Positions 42,501 through 50,900 of a stretch of 64,000 bases of DNA are shown here, one piece after another. A program made the position numbers and the translations under genes. A model generated the notes under the pieces. It was not told where the DNA came from. It ran no database searches and worked only from the letters and a program-made list of their open reading frames with translations. How positions within the stretch are numbered: position 1 is the stretch's first letter; each line of letters starts with the position of its first letter. The stretch is from positions 10,799 through 74,798 of IMG/VR virus record IMGVR_UViG_3300027749_000089; one strand, 5' to 3'. Origin of the DNA: a virus.

Positions 42501-43648
42501 ATTCTAATTTAACGGGCGGTATACCTGAAGGTATGACTAATTTCTCTAGACAAATAGGAATGGATAATGCAACTACTCAAGGTATTGCTGATACGAGTGG
42601 TTATGGTGCTACACCTGGGTTAACACCATTACCAGGTGCAGGCACTATGGGTGGCGGTCCAGCTCCTTTAGCTGATAAGATAGGTCTTCCAGGTGAAGGT
42701 GGCGGATTCTTTGGTGGTATAATGGATTGGTTTAAGAACCTTGACTTCTCTAAAATGTTCGGATCTCTTGGCTTCGCTACGGGCGGTCAAATCACAGGTA
42801 CAGGATCAGCAACTTCAGATTCTATTCCAGCAATGTTATCTAATGGTGAATTCATTGTTAACGCTGCGGCCACCGCAAAGAACTTACCTATGTTACATGG
42901 AATTAATAATGGCAAAGTTGAGCATCACTTCTTAGGCGAATTAGCAGGTATTATATCTATTGCAAGCTCAGGTATGAGCGTTGGGCAACAAGCTGCGTCT
43001 CTGGCAGACGGTGGCGGAGGTGGCGGTGCAGGTGGCATTATGGGTATACTTTCAAAGATACTTGGTCCACTGTTCAAAATGATTGGACCATTAGCTAAAA
43101 TATTCCCCGCAATCGGAAACTTATTCGGTAATGGCGGTATGCTTGGAAGTCTATTTAGTAGTAGTGGAGCGAGTCCATTAGGTGCCGCAGGTGATGCATC
43201 AATGGGCAGTATGTTCTCAGGTTCAAACCTTGGATTATCATTCGCTAAAAATGGTGGGTTATTCTTAGCAGGCGGTGGACATGTAAGTGGTCCAGGGACT
43301 AGTACATCTGATTCTATTCCAGCTATGTTATCTAGCGGTGAATTCGTAGTACGTGCATCAGCTGTAAGCCAACATCGTGATTTGCTACATCAAATCAATA
43401 GTGGACAAGTGCCAACATTTGCCACAGGCGGTGTAGTAGATGCAGCTGCTCCAGTGATGTCAACGCCAACAGCCAGTAATTTTAAATCAGTAACAACTAA
43501 ACCAGGCGCTAATAAAGGTCAACAAGTAATAAATCTCAATATAACTGGAGATATCTCTAGACAAACTAAATCAGAGATTTATAAAATGATGCCTTCTATT
43601 GCAGATGGTGTTAATTCTCAAAATAAAGAAACAGGATATAAAAGATAA
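33536..43648 (+). CDS. tape measure protein with internal lytic transglycosylase-like domain
   Basis: QLGQGLSSGALRGEELNSVMEQAP tape-measure motif; hydrophobic middle; IAHESAG...GVGQF...AGYAAGEG; three GG...G.GT.TSDSIP.MLS.GEF repeats. Confidence 0.92.
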   Translation: MSGIVIDVEAKIDKAQRDLNTLNNSVKNIEKSTSSVANAFDGLIASVGSLTALGSSLYFMQDIATSYRNMENQIKLVTNSTEAFTKTQEELYNITKETHSELKNSVSIYSTLGKSLSQAGISSERLVSATKTIQQSMSISGASAESANAAIMQLGQGLSSGALRGEELNSVMEQAPRLAQALADELHASLGEMRTLAAEGKLTTNVVFKALENQAGKINDQFSKLKPTLAQGTQALSQSLKNYFYEFDKGLGLTDLMGVRNAKLADKIDEAAKKAFILGNNIAIVALKYKNIFDYAQRPLRLQAEINFEKFKISLEQLGITAAFEHLGKNLEVLLNNIFNGLLDRFQARNKGIGSIISASVLDTFHDAMNLQALEMDSILNKLTRSIFNFVRNINATVTELKLKPLLFIDDLFNNILRGSQNLDFALTAITRFGKDVIHVFFNIYDKVIGNSWWTDTINTVINTSDSLWSNAKNGLTKFSKGVQNIFEGLYNDVVDIVDSFGSFDIKTIKIAIVVSRVEEFGRDIYTSLVSGITKFSKESPMLFQSIAAGLGAILVSMMFPVSRITLALEAALTTSALKSGAIFSESIGKDFLDESLFLSIGKKLGELTGKLVDNFIKQIPNLISALLGVISGFTRGFLEQIPIIGLAFKALFKIGDLTETSGPLGLVGGLLLGTMGLKLLSSIGIFSDQIEGIFVVARRVAMFFAGRGGLMSMLLFGGNRAFFTIGWAGLILDQMGAFDSLFENSGLMHLAIKGGLLAMALFGINGLRAIRAEIIIPILQSFRALITSFSWGTSLLSGLEAAIAGSGRGLLMRFVGMLAAMRRGMTDRLFAMTSGQSIIEALIFGSAGPIGLIGSWYSSIVGFFSRIGGLSIFNGIGPALASVSASMATLRASAGATGILSRFLFGPAGIAVVLAAISMFVSSVNAAEIELGGDKRQKKSWFEELKDSISSFNISKLFTGNPFQPLVDFWNDIDIVNTISQNVGTVISTTTASVGFFLFVFKSQVAQLLSVLFSAVNLSRVAIATSQAVSLIGIAASQIKGFIYSIGAAITSLNYVAMFSSLSGGLATFILSMRGILLSGMGAMAGAMAANLVGGSDWAALGAMIGAMIGLKISEAIGRAILTQAGLIIARAIAVVIGGLIALAIPIGLIGLWLFGDKQDLGKDLDDVIDKVKELMGMGSPTKNLTTGLSKEAQATAEKIGLSITYDLKKINPDLLSKTDKDRLDESIKSLDEVLVNGGKDLEAGIALSGSQLGEIQLKQLRTSNIANKDAAKTTFELKDFADSVLSANTSKPQDRFDVGLNWIKQASLDLKYNIEHAILSAKVKYPVFKSEDPLKNRLMLNNLEESRKYKYTAGAKELTDREFYMGRGIQSLALNGPEGPKIKEQMTLEAAKYTEIIKKLNDESSAYTAADRTMMEEYRNSSMTRMETLLKQQQYFQKESASIAKFNAELGNLASNFNTKNFEFKLDTNKLFAQDQEAYDRLFSLSKEAKKLGEELEKTSDISKRNSIILRIEEIRTVTTRQVEQANNLRNRAQFELKSIGEKAGVKVPSASEYLPTTAAEEFRTRLQSLQARRENIKTKPAAPAMYALGDIPKDSKEYTAYIDDFNKRNEAFKKAEINFKTESDAINTESIKIQNDIIESLKTNSDTKAQFLKDAAESVNIDLLQSISDFGLEQATDAIIKIAAKSNEVSDALANKDWGLAAKLNEEMKSMKLSIDHIDPKPLEDLLSVLNVTASKRDILGFSKTSFDLFKEAGKSVQEFDRAIKAGQDTLSQDSLNDLLSKRLMATEAAFNEMLKYANTTGEKMSQSFADIGVQDVGGLSNVSEGALKRLLSLQTMLAKLKHDAEKPMNLSEYKEYLKNLNLVNAALIKAKSVLATFSEKANTFREIFKVDLTDLDIASMADGLGMRLVEVAQTAKAALESAMKSDGGIFSDSTKQLAENLKDISDIGPYIKFFNDFKNNTEDSLTDGIKTSFEKVKAALPNFGLDFKQFGMLNKADRTTYTKQALESSTLDAIFTLNNLTQDQADIINKLGSGMPFDAMMTDLEKSFSETQTKAFDKFKSTPIDSLNTNLVDLKDTIIADIASRTIKTNEVVKTVEESKPNTNSVLRTDYKPLASFSKDTPDLLNTLVSQTVAKYPTINPNLIKGVIAHESAGRNVPTGILNKEGKPASTAFGVGQFLKGTAADLGIDRTNIESSIMGIGKYLSILGKAFGGNEFKMLAGYAAGEGGAKKGKGQQSAKEVLALVEKIKQDPNIEKQINANLLGTRDVSDTIKAAAANNAKIIVDAVAAPVTYEKPKSGEIDPRAKAEAFYTQKIRGIDKPFDTYKQILEGNQYGRMLSTPKEMLGKSLSPETLGMLSDIQTKFATGINEALLQAQQEFNIALATGTDTTTAQENITKYSEALKSFSDGVAADAKSIELSNMQAFSSANQNDITAFAEKFGGLGSDVSAAMTEMEKKTFNSMLIMKASLNAELIEKKKNSETTTEVARKIADLTDAENELKDKTVEMANAAREAGKTFASSITSSFKDAFKGLLNQNKDQRKSVLGTFGSKLMVDIKDQVVNMFTDSFTNTIGLGKGGVLSKVFNNAGKGISSMFSGIGSGVKNIFTGNMTWDKMTTGISSWWNGMTSSTDISNMSPEEIQMSAAEKFSAAVDKFAGGGGVVGNVAKAATSGGIGDMISSALPWLAGGAGVVGLGALLSGSGKGSWTEGISSLGSNFGAKFGGGTSDNGNPTELLNPVTGAFDKVGSSIADATAGIRQMTSPDTTTALGDVSTKSITQLGQSMQNSLPAAEVTGLWNILLLPITGLFKLISAGITGLMSLFGGNPGDSGAANGTNVSSNNDFVGPVKAATGGKITGAGTGTSDSIPTMLSNGEFIINAKDAKENMALLESVNNGKVIRRAAGGIIGGAIGVGSSVNSMMGGSPDLSKAMNIAGALGNLLNLFKTDPNDKLLAAAEHLEAAATALEAAVAAGGLGGGVGGGANAINSNLTGGIPEGMTNFSRQIGMDNATTQGIADTSGYGATPGLTPLPGAGTMGGGPAPLADKIGLPGEGGGFFGGIMDWFKNLDFSKMFGSLGFATGGQITGTGSATSDSIPAMLSNGEFIVNAAATAKNLPMLHGINNGKVEHHFLGELAGIISIASSGMSVGQQAASLADGGGGGGAGGIMGILSKILGPLFKMIGPLAKIFPAIGNLFGNGGMLGSLFSSSGASPLGAAGDASMGSMFSGSNLGLSFAKNGGLFLAGGGHVSGPGTSTSDSIPAMLSSGEFVVRASAVSQHRDLLHQINSGQVPTFATGGVVDAAAPVMSTPTASNFKSVTTKPGANKGQQVINLNITGDISRQTKSEIYKMMPSIADGVNSQNKETGYKR

Positions 43649-44280
43649 TGATATATGGTATCTGGGACGGGACTAAAGTTATTGCTTCTTTTGTTGTACC
43701 AACGATAGTAAGAAGTAATCAACCAACGTTTTCATCAGATACCCTTTCATTAAAAAGAGTAACCTATAGACGCACAGCACAGAGATGGGAAATAGACTCG
43801 AAGCTATTTCCCCTTCATATGACCGCGCAAGACTTAATGGTTAGTTTTATAGTGAACGGGCACGGTGAAATAGTTCAAGCGGTAATGCCGCAAAATGTAG
43901 GTGCAAAAGCAGCAAAGACAATGACATTTCAAATAGGGACATCGTCAGCTGCTAGTGCATATGATTCAACAGTAACAATTGGAGCTGTAAGTAGCGGTAA
44001 CGGAAAAGTAATACCTAAAGGTACATTTATTAGGTTTGCAGATCCATTACATACTAAGGTGTATATGTTGACTGCTAATGCTATTATTTCAGGCACGGCA
44101 CCGACTACATTATATGTGTATCCACAATTAAGAAAAGCTGTACCTTCAGGTACAATTATAAACTATCAAGATGATGTTATCATCAATTTAAAATATGATA
44201 CAGATACGGTTATTGGAATGGTATATGAAAATGGTATACTAATGGATAACGGTACAATTAAACTTATAGAGGCAGTATAA
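43648..44280 (+). CDS. putative distal tail protein
   Basis: Directly after TMP; AQRWEI, KVYM, YPQLR patterns. Confidence 0.6.
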   Translation: MIYGIWDGTKVIASFVVPTIVRSNQPTFSSDTLSLKRVTYRRTAQRWEIDSKLFPLHMTAQDLMVSFIVNGHGEIVQAVMPQNVGAKAAKTMTFQIGTSSAASAYDSTVTIGAVSSGNGKVIPKGTFIRFADPLHTKVYMLTANAIISGTAPTTLYVYPQLRKAVPSGTIINYQDDVIINLKYDTDTVIGMVYENGILMDNGTIKLIEAV

Positions 44281-44918
44281 TGATCTCATTCACCCCTAAT
44301 ATAACAAAAGCATTAAATAGTGATGCAATCGAGTTTTTCTCATTAGTGCGAATAGAAAGAACCGCAAATGAAGTAGACCCAATACCTATCAATTTATATG
44401 CAACTACTAGCCATTACAATGATATTCAATTATTAGTAAATGGAAGTCCTTCAAGTAAATATAACTATATTGCTGATGGTACATTATATGCAGTAGATCC
44501 TCCTCAAAACTCTTCAGTAGTTGACAGAGAGCAATATAAGATTGCATTTGCAGACCCTGACTTTTCAAAGCGAGGTGCAACAGAAGATAGCCTTATAGGT
44601 AGAGTTGTTGAGTGTAGATTAGGCTTTGTTGATTCAGACCCTAGTTCTCCTACTCACGGTAAACCTTTTTTAAATATAGACGACACTATTGTAGTGTACA
44701 GAGGAAGAGTAGATGGCGTCTCAGCTAGTATAAAGGTGGGAAGCTTAGGTGAAAGCATATTACAAATAACAGGCTCAAGCCCAATGCGTAATTTAGACAT
44801 GAAAAAGCCATTCTTCTTGAGCCGTGAAAAGACTAAACAAAGGGAACCTCTTGATACTTCATGCGATCAAATTTATGAAGGTTCTACCGGTATCATTGTC
44901 AAGTGGGGGAGAAAATAA
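44280..44918 (+). CDS. tail tip protein (gpL-like position)
   Basis: Synteny; YRGRVD, WGRK C-terminus. Confidence 0.6.
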   Translation: MISFTPNITKALNSDAIEFFSLVRIERTANEVDPIPINLYATTSHYNDIQLLVNGSPSSKYNYIADGTLYAVDPPQNSSVVDREQYKIAFADPDFSKRGATEDSLIGRVVECRLGFVDSDPSSPTHGKPFLNIDDTIVVYRGRVDGVSASIKVGSLGESILQITGSSPMRNLDMKKPFFLSREKTKQREPLDTSCDQIYEGSTGIIVKWGRK

Positions 44919-47900
44919 TGGGACTTGCATTAGCAGCCGTAATAATAGGCGCAATTTCCTTGATCTTGTCTGTTGTACAGATGATCATGGTTAAGAAGCC
45001 AAAAGGCCCAGATATGTCCGGAGTAGAAGCTCGTAAGGGTTACGAAATGGTTGTAGAGGGTAAACCAGATAATTTAGCGGTAGTATACGGCAGGGCAAAA
45101 GTAGGCGGAGTTAGAACTTATCATGCTACATCTGCGGTGTTCGAATATGTACCGTCTAACGCTGATAAATCATTTGTATCAGGTGTAGAAGGTAATTATA
45201 GTGGTAGTATAACAGAAGAAGTTTATAGCCCCCTCACAGGAGGTAAGGTAACTGTACTCAAAAGTTGGGAATCAGTAATTAATACACAACTAGATGAAAC
45301 GCTTGAAGGTCAAAGAAATGAATTTTTATTCTTTGAACAAGCTATTTGTGTTGGTGAAATTAATGAAATTTATGATGTAATTGTAGATGAGTCTAAATAC
45401 TTAACAGATCCAAGTCTAGGAACATACGGCAAACCTCAATATAGCTCTACCTATGACGATAACAATTCGCCTGAAGCATATAAATGGCATGATGTGACAA
45501 AACCACGAGCAGCCTTTAGAATAGACTTGCATTACAGTTCAGATTTTCATCAAGAGCGAAGTGGCGGCTATGGCCAAGCAAATTCTATATTTACAGCCAA
45601 TTTTGCTGATAGAAGAACAGCTACATTTACAGGAATGACATATGCAGCGTGCGTAATTAGAGTTGATAAAGATAATCCACAATTTAATCAAACTCCTAAT
45701 TTGCAATTCTTAATAGAAGGTAGAAAAGTATACACTATAGATAAAGTCAATGATACGTATTCGCTATCAACTATTAGAACATACAAAAATAATCCATCAT
45801 ATTGTTTATTAGATTATTTAATGAATGAAACTTTTGGTGGAAAGATACCTATAGATGAACTGGATTTAGAATCTTTTTATCAATCTGCCCAAATATGTGA
45901 TACTGTTGTATTCCCTAATGCAATTGCTGGTGGACGTATTTGGAATCCTTCAGAACCTGGTTCTCGTAATGGTGAAGATGGTAATGGTAAACGTAATGTA
46001 CGACTATACGAGTGTAATATTCTTATTGATACAAATAAAGCACTTCGTGATAATGTTGAAGAAATATTAGCAACAATGTCTGATGCTCGTCTTGTTTGGT
46101 CTCGAGGTCAATATAGACTATTATTGCAATACACAAATACAGCTGATGACCTTTTGACTGTTGCTGCTACTTTAACAGATGAAGACCTTGTATTAGACCA
46201 AGATATTGAGATAACATATCCTTCAGCAAGCGATAGATATAATTGTTGTACAATTAAATTCCATAATGAAGCTAATGATTTTAAAGAAGATGCTGTAAAC
46301 TGGCCTCATAAAGTTGTTGATAATACATTAAGAGGTTTTAGCGGAATTAAATATCCTTTAGCAGATTTCACATGGAAAGATGAAGGCAGTGGCCGTAGAC
46401 TTTTAAATAAATATGGTGTATGGAATAGTACTACTAATCAACTTAATCAAGCAAATGGTTACGGACTCGTATATCATTTAATTGTTAACCCACATAATGA
46501 TGGTGATGATTGGACATTAAAGTGCTATGGCGATGATATTATAGAAGTAAGAATTTACAATGTTGATGAAGTTACTGGAGTTAAAGAATTAATAAATGGC
46601 TTTCCAAAAACTGCAACATATGGACATTCAATGGGTATAGTAGAAAATGTACATTTACCTTCTTGGCACTGGTCTGGACCTAATTTAGATGTTAGAATAG
46701 ATAATGGTAGATATTATCGAATTGAAATAGATGGCGGAAGTATCAAAAGTGAAAAAGGTGTGGCAGCAGTAATTTATAATAGTACACGAATACTTTGGTC
46801 TACGCGAGAAATAGCTTATCAAGGTGTGCAAAGACTTGATTATACAACTGCTATATACAATCAAATGAAAGAAGAAGATAATGGTCTTGAATTAGACTTA
46901 GAAACATCTTTTGCAGGTATTGTAGACTATTATCACGCTATATCTAAAGCAGAGGAATTAGTCAAGACTAGTCGAACAGCATATACAATTAAATTTAAAT
47001 ATGTTATTAGAAATAAATATTTAGAACCTGGTGACTATATTATATTGGATAGTGAAACGTTAAATATTCGTTCATTAGCTAATAATGTTGCAAGCGAAGA
47101 GCGTCATACTTATTTTAGAATTAACTCTGTAAAAATATCTGAAGGCAATACGTGTGAAGTTGTAGCGCAACGATTCCATTGGACACAATTAGCATGGACT
47201 GCTAAAGACGGTGAGTATATTAGACCAACTAATAATTACTTAACAAAAATAGCAGCACCATCTGAGGTAGCTTTATTTAGAGACGCTTATAGTCAAAATA
47301 CATCAGGTACTTTACGATGGTCAGATGCTAATGAACCTGATTTTCTTAATTATATTATTTACATGTATGAGGGGGGTTCAGTAAGTGGCGTAGGTGTACC
47401 AGAATTCCATGAGATTGGAAGATCGACTATAAATGAATTTAAATTACCTAAGCTAAGTGTTAGTAGTGCTATCTTTGCTGTTCGTACTCAATCAAGAACA
47501 GGTTTTTCTAATTATGCTTATACTAGTACAACAGAAGCTGAAGTATTTACTACAGATACTTATGGATTTCTTGGATTGTTGCTTTCTAATATTTCTAATC
47601 AACTTTCTTGGACTGCATTTAGTGTTTATAAAAATGGTGCTAAAGTTATTGATATTAGCGCAGGTTCATATACAGCCGAGATAAACTATAATAAGACACT
47701 TTATATATATTTTGATACAGACCTAAGATTTTCATATGATATTAACAGCTTTAGAAATAAGCAATTATTAGGTACGTATGTATTTGGTTTAGTTGTACAA
47801 ATGCAATTAAGTTCTGTATATGCCCCTACTTCTATAAATATCTTAGGAAGAACAGATACAACTTTTAATACAAGAGATGCTGAAATTGTATGGAGCAACA

Positions 47901-50900
47901 AAGCTGAAGAGCCTATTCAACCTAGCCGTTATTTAGTTCAAATTTCAAATATTGATAATGTAACTAAAAAGTCTTATACAGTAGATACGCCTTCATTTAA
48001 ATTTACATATGACATGAATAAGGAACTGTTTGTAACAGCTTCCAGAATATTCAAAGTGAGAGTTTATAGTATTGATGCGTTAGGTAATATGACTCAAGGT
48101 TATATTGAAGCTACTGTTGAGAATGCTGCACCATCTGTTACACAATTTAGTGTATCACCTAGCTTCAGAACAGCATTGGCTAAGGCAACCTTGGTATCAG
48201 ACAGTGATATTACAAAGTATGTATTTAAAAAATTCAGTGAAGCTAACCCTGGTGGAACGGCTGTAATTGTAGAGACACTAAACAACTATGCTAATATTGA
48301 AGCAACAGAAGGTATTGATTATTGGTATACGGTTACTGTGCATGATGAATATGGCGCAGGCACAGAGAGTGCTCGTGTAACAACACAATCAGTTAGTTTC
48401 TCTGGAACAATGAACACTGGTTCTATCTTTATCTATACACGTTCAGCTACTACACCATCTGTACCTAGTGTAAATGTTACATATACATTTTCTACTAAAG
48501 CTGTAACAGGGTTAAATAATAATTGGGCATTAACAGCTCCTACTGGTACTGATCAATTATATATGAGCATGGCGTCTGCATTATCTTCAGAGCTTACAGA
48601 TACTATTTTACCTACAGAATGGTCTGTTCCAGTTAAATATGAAATTAATGCTGTCAATTACCGTAGTGCAATGGTATATGCGTATCAAAGATCAGCTACA
48701 GTATTGACAACCAACCCTGGAGATGTTACATATGATTTTACTAGTAATGCTATTACTACAGCTAATCTTTCTAATGGATGGTTGAAAGCTATTCCTAGTG
48801 GTTCAGATCCGTTATATATTATAACAGCTATTGCTAATAGTCAAACCAATACAGACACCATATCTGCAAATGAATGGTCTACACCGGTAATATTGGCTAA
48901 AGATGGTGCTAAAGGTGAAAGTGGTTTAAACGCTGCTGTATTTGGTATTAATAATGCATCTTCTACATTTAATAAAAATGCTGCAGGAGTTCTTAATCCA
49001 GCAACTGGTATCGTATTAACTACTAGTTATCAAAACATAACTGGAACTATTACATATCAATGGCAAAAGAATGGTACAAATATTAGTGGTGCTACAAGTA
49101 GTTCATATACTGTACCTACAACCGATTATGCTAGTGTAACAACTAATGCGTACAAATGTATAATTACAGGAACTATAAATGGTATAGCTAGTTCATTAAA
49201 TGACACAATAACAATCCCACTATTAGTTGATGGTTCATCTTCACCTGTAGTTGTTTTGTCTAATGATAATATTACAGTACCTGCCCCTAATACTGGCTAT
49301 GCCGGAATTAACTTTAGCAGTGCTGGATGTTCTGTACAAGCGTATATTGGTACTAATGCATTGGCTTATAGCGCAACAGGTGGTGCAAATACATTTAAAG
49401 TAACATTGGCTACAACTGGTGTTACAGTTGCCGCTAATACAAATGCAAGCATCCCTGCTCCAACAGCTATGTCGGCTGATGTAGCATACACAGATGTCAC
49501 TGTAACAATATATGATTCAAGCAATACTGCTCTGACGCCAATAGTGCAGAGAATTACGTATTCCGTTAGTAGAACAGGCAATACTGGTTCAGCTGGCGAT
49601 GCCGTTGATATCATATTCATTCGCAGTGCTTCACAGCCGTTAGTTCCAACAGCGTCTACAAGTACTCCAACTAATTGGTATTCTGACGTAGCGTCTGTAC
49701 CAGCTAGTGCAAATGCTTTATGGTCAAGTGTAGGGATTAAATCAACAGGCTCTACTACATACACATGGGATACTCCATCAAGAATCGAAGGAGCAAGTGT
49801 AGCAGAGGTTACAGTATACACTCGTGGTGTGCCAACTACAACACCTACAGGTGGTAGTTATACATTTGGTGCTGCAAGTCCTTTGACAACTGTACCTACT
49901 TCAACAGGTGCTACATGGTCAGCTTCAATACCGACAGGTACTGCCGCTGTGTATACATCTCGTGCTGTGGTAAACACTGCTGCAGGAAATACGAGTGCTG
50001 TAACAATTACTGGATGGTCAATACCTGTTATTAGTTTACAGAATGGTGTAGATGCTATTATTGTTGATTTATTATCTGAGTCGGATATAACTCCAGCTAA
50101 TAATGATGGAACAGATTACAACTTACCTCCTAGCAATAATTTAAAGCTCTATTCAGGCGGTACAGTTGTCACAAGCGGTGTTACATACTCTGGTGGTGGT
50201 GCTAAAAACGGATTGACAGCTTCTATTGATACTGCTGGCGTAATTACATTCACGGGAGCCTCTTGGACAACTGATAGTGAATCCTTTACATTTACAGCTA
50301 CATATAATAGTGTTGCGTATTCAGCTATTTATACATATGTTAAATCTAAAAAGGGTGCTGCAGGTGTTGTAATAGATCTTAAATCAGAAACAGATGCTGT
50401 ATTTGCAGCCAATGACGGAACAGTTTCTACGTTACCAAGTGGCAATGCTGTATTAGTATATGAAGGTGGTACATTAGTAACTACTGGAATTACTTATGGT
50501 GTAACTGCTGCAACTCTTAATGGATTAACTTTAAGTGTAAATACATCTGGTATAATATCATTAACTCAGACAACTTGGACAAGTGATAGAGAAGTATTTA
50601 ACATTACTGTTACATATAAAAGTACTACTTATAATGCTTTATATAGTATTGTTAAATCTAAAACAGGTGCAAAAGGTGCTGATGCTGTACGCGCAGATTT
50701 ATTATCAGAATCAGATGTAACTCCAGCAGATAGCGATGGGAAAAATTATTCATTACCTCCTGCAAATAATTTGAAATTATATGTAGGTGCTGCTGTTCAA
50801 ACTACTGGTGTCACGTATTCAGTTAGTGCGGCAGTATCAGGATTAACTGCAGCTATTGATACAAGTGGCACTATAACATTCAGTGGTACATCTTGGGCTA

